Source: Azolla caroliniana (taxonomy: Eukaryota > Plantae > Polypodiophyta). From it: DNA of 64,000 nucleotides. Positions 47,590 through 60,074 of the stretch are shown here, piece after piece. Each line of letters opens with the position of its first letter. Position 1 is the stretch's first letter. The notes beneath the pieces are model-generated. The model had not been told where the DNA came from. It did not search any database and saw nothing but the letters and a program-made list of their open reading frames with translations. Position numbers and translations under genes: made by a program. The stretch covers positions 8,494,001 through 8,558,000 of the forward strand of contig JBHGNT010000009.1 in NCBI GenBank assembly GCA_043228905.1, written 5' to 3'.

Positions 47590-50429
47590 TCATTGTATTT
47601 TTGAATCATTAACACCTTCGACCTACAACTAATTTATACATCCATCCATACATATATGCATGCATGTATACATACATACATCCATAGATTCCCACATACA
47701 CATATCCATACATCCACACACACACACACACACATACATACATACATACATACATACATACATACATACGTCCCTACACACATACATCCATGCATGCATA
47801 CATGCATACATACATACATTTTTGTCCATATGTGAATGTAGATATATATATATATATATAAATAAGTGAAAAAAATTAATTGACTCCAATGCACACATGT
47901 GTATATTACCTTAGAAGGAATATCATGGTGAGTACTCCAAAAATCATTGGAGGATGAAGCCATGTTGATGGCATCATCAATGTGTGCTTGAGTAGAGTTA
48001 ATTTGAGAATCCAATACATTGCTAGGCCTCAAAGCATGTTCAAAAGATGGAGTTATCAAATTAGATGACATATTTATTGGCAAGTTACCAATATGTCCAT
48101 CCATATGGTTTGGCCTTGGGGTGACTTGATTCATAGTATGTAGATGATGTTGTATGATTGATGGGACGTTCATCATAGGAGACATTCTCAAGTTATTCCT
48201 TGAGGACATTATCTACAAAAGGATAAGCTAATCAATTACAATGGATACATGGTGACTAAATGTATAGATGGTAATCAACTTTCAATGATCTTAGAGGACA
48301 ACCGTATGAAGCCAATTTGTTTTCATAGAAAAAATATCGAAATATCCCTAACCTTTTCAGAATAGTTTATCAAAATACTCCTTATTGTAATATCCCTAAC
48401 CTCGAATTCCTTATTGATAAATTCTTAAATGTTCTATTTATTTAGATCTAAAAGGCTTAATGCATTATAGCGAGAGTATATTCATCTTACTTGTAGTTGT
48501 GATTGCAAAGACTTCAAATACTCAATTGCTTCATCCAATATTGAGGCCTTATCTGTCTGTCACAAATATATTTGTCATGAACATCATGGAACCGCATGAC
48601 ACCAACTTTTAGACCAACTCCAAAATGTTATAACAAAACCCAACAATAGAGAGAGGACAAAACAAAAAAAACAAACATTTTAAACCTTGGTTGAGTTAGG
48701 AATAAGTGCTTGCATACTCCTCAACTTTTCATTGATCCGGTTGCGCCTTCTCTATACCAATACAACACATAGTCACCCCAAATGTCAAGCCGATGTTTGA
48801 TTAGACATCATCATTTCATATTTTCGAGGGTCATAGATTCACAGAACAAACACCAAAATAACCCTACCTTTTTCAGATACCGCCAAATCCCCTAACGTTT
48901 TATATAAAATTACTTGATACCCCTCTTAATTTGCGGACATTTTTACAAGTATTCATAATGTTACACTAGGAATGTTTTCTAGGGGCATCCAGAGTCAAAA
49001 GTTTGTGGTATTTTGGTGTTTGGTTCCGGGTAGGTTGAACTTAAAACAAGTTAATGCTAGTGTTTGTTGACTCATTACTTATACCTTCTCGGATAAGTTG
49101 TGATTCTCTGCTACCCTGCTTCTCTTCGAAGACGGGCGCTTTCGAGGCTGACTTACTTCACCAGAATCACCATCAGCATCGAGCTACAAATATTACATTG
49201 CAGTCAAATCATTGGTGAACAAAATTTGAATTACAATCTATCACTAAATGTTACTACCTCCATCGAAAAACTCAAAGACATATTAATAAAAACAAAAAAA
49301 TGCACCTTCGACAATGATATCGAACTAGGCCAAACAAAAACATACAAATGACTATATGTAACAATCAATGATATATATGAATAGTTCTTATTAGATTGCA
49401 TACCTTACTTTGAGTACAATGTGTCTCATCCATATGAGTTTTCCCTTTACTTGCTGAATTAGAGAGCTCTTTTACACTCATTTCAGCACTAGTTTCATGG
49501 GTCCCGCCCGAACATACCGGAGCGAATGTATATCCATCATTGCCAATCTCTCGGTCCGTAGGATGAGAGTAAGATGAGGTATCATTATTCATAATCGCAT
49601 TCATATGACCTCCTCCTTGTATGGCTACAACATTGGGATTACTAGATATTAAAGGGTCCTCATCATAGGTTATGTTGTCATGAGTAGAATGAGGAAGTGA
49701 TCCATTTTTTAAGGATATGGGGGAAGATAAAGTTACATCAATGGAGTCTAGGTTATCCTTATTATTGTTGTTGCTAGTATAAAGCAATGAATTACAAGGT
49801 TTTTCGTGATGATAATTCATGACCATCGGGTTCGAGGAAGATGGTAAATGGCTATACAAGGAGCTCATTCCGTCATAACAAGTTGCCGGATTCTCGTGCT
49901 GATGGTCATGGCTTCTTGCTCTTATGACACTTTCATCGCCGAATGCCTTTGCATCATCGGACACATCTATAATGCTAGGCCAAGGATGGCATTGCCCTGC
50001 TCTGAAACTAGAAGATGTTACTAGTGATCCTCCTCCTTGGTTGTAAGGCCTTTTTTCACTACCTAAGCTCACATTCTTATCATAATAGACAATTTCAGCG
50101 GCATTATCTCGGGTAGTTATTCTCGACGATGGCGAGCAATATTGGTCATGAAAGCCGCCCGGAAAACAGCTCCCTTTCTTCTCTAATGCATCATTGTCTT
50201 CATCGATACCATGGCCATTGATCGGATACTTGAAGCATGCGGCGATGAGTCCGTCATTGGTATGGCTATCGATCGAGGCTATAGTCTTTACAGTGTTATT
50301 TCTTGTACATAACCCATCAAACAAAAGTGGGTTAGTAGAAGGGGCATTGCTATTTGTGTTATTTCTTGTACATAACCCATCAAACAAAAGTGGGTTAATA
50401 GAAGAAGCATTGCAGCTACCCTCTTCCAT
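47590..50429 (-). CDS. bHLH transcription factor, SPATULA/ALCATRAZ/PIF-like (group VII), 6 exons, ~530 aa
   Basis: Exons 50429-49404, 49183-49085, 48751-48686, 48556-48491, 48212-47910, 47622-47590, all phase-0 GT-AG. Spliced domain KRSRVAENHNLSEK|RRRNRINEKLRSMQALIPNSTK|TDKASILDEAIEYLKSLQSQLQ has the typical three-intron pattern. Start codon least certain. Confidence 0.92.
47640..47862. repeat. Compound (CATA)n/(CA)n/(TA)n microsatellite in the last bHLH intron
   Basis: Direct reading. Confidence 0.95.
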
Positions 50430-51621
50430 AGCTAGACACCACCATATAGTATGCAGCAATCCATGACAGTAATGACAACACTACATTTCCCTCCCCCCCT
50501 CCATCTCTCTGGCTCTCTTTCTCTGTAGTATAATGTAAGTGTTTAATACATGAAGACAAATGTTATTATGGTGGAGAGATTGAAAATCAGAGCTAGGGAT
50601 GGACCATGAAACTGTGGCCCATTCAAATAGAGACAGAGATAGAGACAGAGACAGAGAGAGGGGGGGGCAGGTCAGAGTGATTAAAAGAGAGATGGAGATA
50701 AGTGTAGACACAGAACAGAGACTAGACATTCATACTCACATTAATGACATGAAAAAGAAAGAGAAAAGGAAATGAACAAAAAAAGAAACCCAGATAAAAC
50801 CATTTCTTCTCTTTGTTTCTGATTAAATTTTATGCTAGTCTGTGTCCACTACATCTACTACTTCTGGATGAATACAGAAAGCAATTTCTGCCTTTAGGGT
50901 TTTTTTTTTTGGGACCCATCTTTTCATGGATTTACTTCTTTTATGGCATGCTTTGGTTTTCCTATTAGAAGGCCCATCTAGGGCAATTTCTGCTATTTTG
51001 TCTGTTCCTTGGCATTTAATGAGTGACAGACAGGTCTGTTTCATCAAGACAGAAGACCCCACCTTTATTGAGGGGGGGTGGGACTTTTCTGGGCAATTTA
51101 TTTAATAGTATGCATATCATCTTGATCTCACCATTGTTTGGGGGGGGAGTCTCATCTGATTTTTCATTCCATCTTGTCTCCAAAAAAAAACAAAAAACCC
51201 TTTCTCAGACAATCCAATCCACCTCCTGGTTTTGTTTTTTGCTTCTTCTTTTTTTGCTTTTTACAATTGATTTTTTCAACTTCATTCAATTCTGATCTGC
51301 ACAGTTCCAAATTCCAATCCAATTTTCCTACTCATTCAAAACAGTCACAATTTTTTTTGGACCTATCCTCTTTTCCCAAATCTCATTTCCCATTAATTGA
51401 TTGATGAGCCCTTTTTCTGAATTTGTAAACAAAGAAAAAGTGCCCTGTTTTTGTGTTTCTTGTCTTGCTTTTCTTATTTATCCTCATCATGTATACATAC
51501 ATGAGTGACCTCTACATGTATATGTGTACATGTATGCATACACATACATGTATATGTGTATAACAATATGTCAGTATATGTATGCATGCACATAAATGTA
51601 CATAGAAATGCCGCCCCGAAA

Positions 51622-51700
51622 TGGGTTTAGGGTTTAGGGTTTAGGGTTTACATAACTGTATATGGGTGAATATGCCTCTCAAAAGGTCTAGGGTTTAGGG
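51622..51700. repeat. Short interstitial plant telomere-type repeat (TTTAGGG)n
   Basis: GGGTTTAGGGTTTAGGGTTTAGGGTTTA at ~51623-51650 and TAGGGTTTAGGG near 51690. Confidence 0.85.
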
Positions 51701-54700
51701 TATGTATAGGATTCCTATACATAGGTGTATAGGATACATATATACATGTGTATATGCATTTTTGTTATTGTGCATGTACATGTGTGTGTTATCCTACTTA
51801 TAGGGATTATCACTCATAAATTTGTTTAGAGCTTTTATTTCTTTGTTCCAAACATGCCCATTGCCCAAGATACTTTGAAATGTACTTTGTTTTCTTTTCC
51901 TCTCATTGATTTCTCTTTCAGCTCGCAAATTATGGCGAAGTGACAAAGATAACACTTCGAGAATTTGAGAAACATGAGAAGATTCTCTCCATCTTGTCGC
52001 CTGTGACATAGAAAATAAGGGATTATCTGACCGTGCACTTCAATCCATCTTGTCATTTGTCACACAAAGAGAGAGAGTGAGAGTTAGTGAGAGATTGGTT
52101 ATTTTGACCACCCAAGACCCATTTCGTGTGCGCGTAATCTACCAATATTTATCAAACTTTGAGTGAGGGAAACCTTGGTTGGTTGACACGGGTTTCAAAG
52201 GTAATGCCCACTCTCCGAAACATTTGTTGTTCCAAGAGATGGTGGTTGTTTGGCTTGTCATGGCCTAAATAATTGAAATAGCAACTCACATCCTTCTATG
52301 TTTCATCTACACCATATTCCTCTTGGAACAAATTTCAGCAAGAACCATTGCAATGGTTATTTGGGAACCTTGTGTTGGATTTTTATTTAGGGATTATTGA
52401 GGCCTCAGTTCCACGGGTATTGACTCATGTTGATTGAGAGTTGCCATTGCACTCTTATAAGGTGGCATTTGATTTTCCTAGGTATGGAGGCTATGGCATA
52501 ATTGGAAGTACATTTGTATGTTTTCTCATTTTTTGCACAATGTGGGGTATTGTCTCATGTTCCATTGTTTGCGAGTTTTATTGATTTAACAATTTGAAGC
52601 ACTCTCTTATTCTAATTCTTTATTCCCTATTTACGTGTCATTGTGTCAAACAGAGTTGCAAAACCTATAAAGCCCACACTTCACACTATAATCCTTAGAT
52701 TTGTGTGAGCATCATGCTTTCTAAGTTATTGGAGTATCATGGTACAATACGTTTACAATCTAAGCTAGTGTTTGATGGTCTAAGGTATAAAATCAGAATA
52801 TAGAAATGGCGTCTTGTAATTTGATGATGTCCATGAAATACCACAATAGATATGCATGTTAGTAGGAAAATTGTTTTGGCAATTTTCTTTACCAAGCCTT
52901 GTGTCCACATCATCCTCAAAGATGTTGCCTATAAGTCAACTTTTCTTCCAACACCTTAGAGTTGGATTTACCTTTCCATAAGCTCCTCATCATTGTAGGA
53001 AGGACAAGATGTTTTTTTTTACTGTCTAGGGAGACATAGATACAAAGAATTTATCATTGACCTTAGAAGTCAAACATGACCCAGTAGATCAAAAGTGAGA
53101 CATTTTTATATGATATGTGGATTTGAGTAGAGACCTTCAAATTTTAAGAATCTTACTAATAAAATTTGCATTTGAGATTGCGGAATGTGATTGTAAGAAG
53201 AATGTGTGTAGGAATTTAACATGATTGAATGTGTGTGGAAAGCAAACATGAATGTACTAGAAAAAAGGGAATTGTATCAATGTGAGTTTTAACATTGATT
53301 GTCCTATACACATGAGTGACTTGAACCTCTAATCTTGTACTATCTACATTAATATGTACCCAAAGAAGAGACTAGTTGTGCTAATAGGTGGTCAAGAAGA
53401 CTATGTGTTATCTACTCATAGCTAGTGATGTGTTGTAGGATATTACCGGCCTATGAGGTTGAGCTCACATTAATGTAATGCTTGAGGAGACCAAAAGCTT
53501 CAAGATTCATTTGATAATGTTTTAATGTTGCTACTTGTCCTCATCAATTAACTTAGTAGCATTATGGATAAAGAAGGGAAGGGGAAACACATGATAGTAC
53601 AAATAGTTTCATTGTAGATAAATAGAACACCTATTTTGTTTTTCTTTTTCTTTTCCTTTTTTTCTAAAAAAAACTCCTTCCATTAGTTATAAAATTTTAC
53701 AAATGAGACGATTATGTACAAATCCCTGAAGGGACGCGATAGTTCCATCTTATGTGGATGCCCATTGACTCAAGAAAGGGAGAGGACGACCATTGTTGGA
53801 TGAAGGCTATTCATTGTCTTTCAACTCCCTCGGAGCTGCCCTTAAGGCCATCATATTGGCTCTTTAGAGTGGCTACAATTTCACTCCATATCTCTTACAG
53901 TAACCTTGTTGGATGTGCGGTTTGGTTGGAGAAGACTCGCCTACATCGTTGTTTCCATAGAATCCAAAGAGTTACTGAGCTAACCAATTCTAACACCTCT
54001 TGAGATTTGTCATTAAGAGGAGTGGAGTGGACATTGCTGTTGGAGGAGAAAAAGACCTCTTGTGCTTTTATCACCAAAGTCATCCCCTCCTCCTGATGCT
54101 CGTATTTGCCAATTGCGACCTGCCATGATAGCCAACATATATTTCCCCACTTGATTGAGCCTTGCACCTGGCATAATTACAACAAGTGGCCAACCCCCCG
54201 CTATATTCGATGGGACATTGGGCAGTCCCACAGAGCGTGTCATATTGATTCTACTGCATGTGGGCACTCTACACAATTAGCAGAGCTAAGGTCCCCACGT
54301 GCATGTTGTCGTGCTCCCACCAGTAGGGACTTATGTATTAATAGTCATTGGAACGTGGTAATTCGCCTCGCATGTTGTTGTTTCCAAATTTTCTGCCAAA
54401 ACTTGGTGATTATTGTGGGAGGAACTTGAAATGTGTGCCAAACCTTTGCAGCAGCCGGTTCTCGGGCGGTTTGAGTAGCTAGAATGTGGCGACCCAATCT
54501 AGTTGTGAATTGGAAGAAAGGGATTGGTTTGCTTCCTTGTCCTGCGTAGGGATCACGCCATGTCCATTACAAAGGGTCCCAACTCACCTTACGTAGCCAT
54601 GTGTTTTCATGAGTACATATGTGCCAATCGGGTTGTAGTTTGATCGGATCAGGATCTACAATCCATTTATGACCATTATATGCGAGTACTCGAATTTTGT

Positions 54701-54829
54701 TATTTTGTGTTGGTGTCTCAGTGTCTCGCAATTTAGAGCCTTCGAGTCTGTCTGGTGGTCCCCTACCTCTCGGGATCAGAGATCCCTCCTCGTGGCCTAT
54801 CCATTTCTCCATTGTCGTCCTTTGAGTAG

Positions 54830-57800
54830 TGTTGAAGCGGCAAGCTCAACTGGAGCCGGATCGGCTGAATAAGCCTGAGCTGGCAAGCGAGACGGATCGG
54901 TAAGCCGGCAAGCAACAGAGCCGGTGAGCTGGGGAGCCGGTTAGTCGGGTCCAATCGGTAACCGGAAGCCTAGTATTAGTTTAGACTACTAGGCAATTAT
55001 AGTCTCGTAGTAAGTGTCAGAAGCTCGTGTGAGCATTGAAGTACGCGGTACTTCTGTCAGTCCCATGAGGACTTGTATAAATAGTGCTACTGAGCACAAT
55101 TGTAAATGACGAAGGCATATATCGTTTTTGAATATAGCTTTGAGGTTCTGCTCTCTCTGTCTCTCTCGGGTACTCTGTGTATTACCTAATCTCTCAGTTT
55201 TTCTAACGCTTCCGCAAGTAATCGTTTACATGGTATCAGAGCGCGAGGGTTGAGAACCTCTACAGCCGACAAACGCTTGAAAGCAAATCCTAACAGGTCG
55301 TAAGAACAACAGACAGAGAAGTGATGGATAGAGGAATGGCTAGTTCGCTCCCTGTGGAGAAACTCGACAGATCCAACTATGCATCTTGGTCGTATAAGAT
55401 GCACCAGTACCTGCTTGGGCATGGCTACTGGAGTTTCGTCGAAGGAGCCAACGAAACAGCACCTGATGCGGCACATAAGGACTTCCCAGTGTGGGAACAA
55501 TCGGCAAACAAAGTGATGTACTGCTTCGCGTCCAGTGTCGGAGACCAGCTGCTGAGCCACATCCGAGATGCCAAAACGCCGAAGGAGGCTTGGGGGAACC
55601 TGAAGAAGGTTTTCGCCGCAAGCACTACAGCCCGGAAGCTGCAACTCCGACAGGAGTTGAGCAATGTCTGATAGAAGGACATGTCGGTGGCGGATTACAC
55701 GGCCCGGATCAAAGAGATCTGTGACTCGCTTGCCTCTATCAACGTTACCGTAGAGGAAGACAAGATGGTACAGGTCTGTCTTGGGGGCCTAGCGTCTAAG
55801 TTCAGAGCGTTCCGAACGACGGTATGTACAAGGGAGAATATGCCGTCATTTTTCGACTTACAGTCAATGCTCCTTGTAGAGGAGAACCACGCCGGTGCGT
55901 CAACTAGCACACCCATTGACAACCGGATGCTGTACATGGAAGCAGATCGGTCCCGTGGGCGTGGTGGACGAGGCGGGTCGGCACGCAATGGAGGTGGCCG
56001 GCATGAGCAAGAACGAAGGCACAGAGAAGGTGCCGACAACAGTTCCGGGACTTCCACAGGCAGGGGAAGTCAAGGTGGTGCCGGAGGCCGGCAAGACAAA
56101 TCTACAACGGAGTGCTGGTATTGTGGCAAAAAGGGCCACAGAGAAAGCGAGTGCTGGAGAAAACGCGCTGATTTGGACAAATCCGGATCCGGCAAGGCCG
56201 GCAAGGATGGCCGGCAAAGCTCGCAGTACGCGAAGGGATCGGGAGGATCCAAGAACGGTAACGGGCCAGCCTTGGTGATGAAGCACGAGGCGAACTCGAT
56301 GAAGAAGACCACTTCCAAATCGGAGGAAGTGTGGTATGTTGATTCCGGTGCGTCGAACCACATGATGAACCACAAAGAGTGGTTCTCCTTTTTGGAGAAA
56401 CCGGATCAACCAGGAGTAGTCGAAACCGGAGACGACACTCCTCACCCAATTGTGCACGTCGGAGAAGTCCCTTTGAGCCACGTCGGACAGAAGGGGAAGC
56501 TGATGAACGTATTACACATTCCGACGATCACAAAGAACCTGGTGTCGGTCGAACAGATTGTTGACCAAGGGATGCAGGTGCGGTTTATGCACCTCGAGTG
56601 CTTCATCGAGGAAGAGGGCCGGATTATTGCGCAAGGGCGTAGAGACGGGAGGATGTTTATCCTCAACACCAATGACGTCGGCACCACTCTGTTTGCAAAA
56701 GGACAGAAGGTCGAATCGGACATCGACCTGTGGCACAAGCGGATAGGCCATGTCAATTACGGCTCCGACTTCCGAATCCAACCCGGTGTCGGTGGATGAG
56801 GCTAATGAGCCTGAACCGGCCCAAGTAGAGGATGATGAAGCGTGGACTCTGGATGAGAGTCCAGAATCATTCCGATTGAGCGGGCCAAACGAGAGACTGA
56901 GTCAATCCGACCAGTCCGATGAGGAACCGACGAGTAGTGGAGGCTCTGTCATGCACTCCCCGTGCAAGGAACCGAGGCGACGGTTCACGCGCAAAGAGAA
57001 GGGGAAGAAGAAGATGCCGGAATTCGAAACCAGCAACGATGAGTCGGATCAGTGTGCATCCGACTCCAGCAAGGAGAAAGACGGATCTTCGGCAACGAAG
57101 ACCGAACTGGCCAAGAAGGGCCTCAAACCGGGTAACAGTGAGTTACGTCGGTCCACCCGCCACAAGGATCCCGTCAAGCGGTACGGGTACAATGAGTACA
57201 TGGCGCATCACTATGCGTACATGACTAAGGTGGCGGAAGTGCGTGAGCCGGAGAGCTACGTAGAAGCGGCAAAGGATGCAAATTGGCGTGCTGCTATGGA
57301 AGAAGAAATGCGGGCACTTGATGTCAACAAGACATGGGACCTGGTTGACCCTCCTCGTCACTGTAAACTGATCGGATGCAAGTGGATATACAAGGTAAAG
57401 TACAATGCCGACGGTTCTGTTAACCGGTATAAAGCCCGGTTAGTGGTGAAGGGATACACGTAGACCCACAGAATTGACTATGACGAGACCTTCGCTTCGG
57501 TAGCGAAGATGACAACGGTTTGTGTGGTGCTAGCGGTTGCTGCAGCAAGGGGGTGGCATCTTCACCAGATGGATGTGAAGAATGTGTTTCTTCAGGGTGA
57601 TCTTGAAGAAGAAGTCTTTATAACTCAACCCCCCCGGCTTTGAATCGGAGATGAACAAGTCGGCGGTATGCCGGTTGAAGAAGTCGTTGTACGGCCTGAA
57701 GCAAGCCCCTCGAGCTTGGAATGCAAAGATCACGCACCGGTTGCGTAAGATGGGGTTTGTGGCCTCCAAATCAGACTCTTCATTGTTCATCCGGCAAGGC

Positions 57801-59715
57801 TTAGCCGATCCGGTATGTATATTGCTGTATGTTGATGATCTAGTCATCACCGGACCAGGAGTTCCAAAAATCAACCGCGTCCAGTCCTAGTTGTCAGACG
57901 CATTTGAGATGAAGGATCTGGGGGACCTTCATTATTTTCTAGGGTTCGAGGTGATCCGAACCCCGGACGGCATATTGCTCTCACAACGACATTACGTCTT
58001 GAATATGCTGTAGAAGTTCGGCATGACAGAATGTTGACCTGTCTCCACACCCTTGGACCAGAACTAGAAGCTTCATCCCAACTCTGGACCGGCCTGCAAC
58101 GAGCAACGGTTCCAACAGATTGTCGGAAGCCTTATTTACTTGACTATCACACGACCCGACATCAGCTATCCGGTCGGCATGATAAGTTAGTTCATGCAGA
58201 AGCCGACCGTGGAGCACCTTCAGTGCGCGCAAAGGATATTACGGTATGTCAGCGGCACGAAGGACCAGGGACTGTTATACCGGTGCGGTATACCCGAAGA
58301 GCTCGTCGGTTACATGGATGCCGACTGGGCTGGAGATGCATCAAATCGCAGATCAACCTTCAGTTACATGTTTTAACTAGGTAGCGCGGCTGTTGCATGG
58401 AGCAGCAAAAAGTAGCCAATAGTTGCTCTGTCGAGCACTGAGGCTGAGAATCGGGGCGCTACCATTGCCACCTATGAAGCCATCTGGCTTCGGCGACTGC
58501 TGGAAGACTTACAGATCGAGGTACCAACCCTGATTCTAGTCTACTGCGACAACATAAGCAACATGCAACTCGCCAAGAACCCTGTGTTCCATGCTTGCAC
58601 GAAGCACATAGAAGTGCATTATCACTTTGTGCGTGAGCGGGTCTTGAGCAGTGAAGTTGAACTACGGTATGTTCACACGGATCGGCAAGTAGCCGACATC
58701 TTCACCAAGCCGCTCGGATCGGACAAGCTGCAGCACTTCACCGAAATGCTTGGTGTTCAGCATCTCGACGTGCCACACTTGAGGGGGAGAACGGGCAAAG
58801 GCAAAGAGTTTGCCGATTGCACCGGTGAGGGAAGAATAGAAGGTGGCAAAGTCAAGAAGGACAGAGCCGACCGAAGGAAGAAGGGCAAGACCTGGACATG
58901 GTCCGATGTGGTGAAGGGCTTGGAACCAAAAGACGAATCGGGAGCAACCGATTCAGACAAGAGCTAGAACGAATCGAAGACAGTCGATTCGGTTCAAAAG
59001 ACAGATTCAGAAGAACCGGATCAATTCAAGGCCAAGCAGACACGGATGCAGCGGAAGTCGATGCCATTGCGGAGGAACCGACGGATCGATAAGCGCCGGA
59101 GTTATAGTAGCGAAGGAGCTGAGAGGGGCCTATTGAGCAGACATACTGATCGAGAAGGTCGAGGCGCGCAGAACAAGAGGGGTCGCGGCAAACAGAACCG
59201 GACCGGACGAGGAGCGCGAGCAAGGCGGAGCGACGCCAGGAGAAGTCGGTTGGAAGAATCGATTGCCACAGAGACTGACACTAGGATCCACCTCAAGTTG
59301 AGCTTGAGGGGGAGTGTTGAAGCGGCAAGCTCAACTGGAGCCGGATCAGCTGAATAAGCCTGGGCCGGCAAGCGAAACGGATCGGTAAGCCGGCAAGCAA
59401 CAGAGCCGGTGAGCTGGGGAGCTGGTTAGCCGGGTCCAATCGGTAACCGGAAGCCTAGTATTAGTTTAGACTACTAGGCAATTATAGTCTCGTAGTAAGT
59501 GTCAAAAGCTCGTGTGAGCATTGAAGTACGCGGTACTTTTGTCAGTCCCATGAGGACTTGTATAAATAGTGCTACTGAGCACAATTGTAAATGACGAAGG
59601 CATATATCGTTTTTGAATATAGCTTTGAGGTTCTGATCTCTCTGTCTCTCTCGGGTACTCTGTGTATTACCTAATCTCTCTGTTTTTCTAACGCTTCCGC
59701 AAGTAATCATTTACA
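54830..59715 (+). mobile_element. Ty1/copia element with both LTRs and TSD, integrase core deleted
   Basis: 401-bp LTRs 54830-55230 and 59315-59715 (about 11 differences by eye). TSD AGTAG, PBS-Met TGGTATCAGAGC at 55231, PPT GAGGGGGAG at 59306-59314. Confidence 0.97.
55324..58967 (+). pseudogene. Disrupted copia gag-pol
   Basis: gag with CWYCGKKGHRESEC, protease WYVDSGAS, GAG-pre-integrase LWHKRIGH, RT (SLYGLKQAPRAW, LYVDD), RNase H (DADWAG, TKHIEV). Many stops; no DDE integrase core. Confidence 0.92.
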
Positions 59716-60074
59716 AGTAGCAAATTCCCTAATCAGTAGAGCGTTAATGATTTCCGATCTCATAGTCCATCCGCCCCTAATTCCATGGAGTATGTTCGCC
59801 TGATCTTGTAGTGGTAGTGACATAAATCGTTGCCAACATTCTATACTTTTTCTTGGACTTTCTGCAATGTATCCCCATGACAACCCCTTACGTGATCCTA
59901 GTAGTTGATTATATTCATCCTTGATACATGGGTTGCATAGGATACGTTGACTGAGCCAGGTAGGTTCAGATCTCGGTTGATCACACTCGAGCCCTTGACG
60001 AATGTCACACCATGCCTTCCACATGGATGCACTGAATCTATCCTCCAATTGGCGGCAGAAACTAGGTTTGAGAT

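Larger units (their letters stand above)
53640..60074 (-). mobile_element. 3' portion of a degenerate L1-type LINE, split by the copia at 54830-59715 and cut by the copia at 60075
   Basis: Fragments 53640-54829 and 59716-60074 resemble the ORF2 C-terminal half of the 40971 LINE (EDRF...WKAW, LGSR..LSWG, KWIVDP, LWILWKQRC). T-rich tail near 53640-53665. Confidence 0.8.

Noticed and set aside
47629-48209. ORFs 47634-48209, 47629-47898 and 47660-47869 as proteins
   Set aside because: They read through a microsatellite-filled intron; only 48212-47910 is a bHLH exon.
51622-51700. True telomere or chromosome fusion site
   Set aside because: Only 3-4 units in one orientation.
51800-53630. Genes or a definable element in the AT-rich stretch
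   Set aside because: Only short motif-less ORFs, and no termini or TSD I could support.
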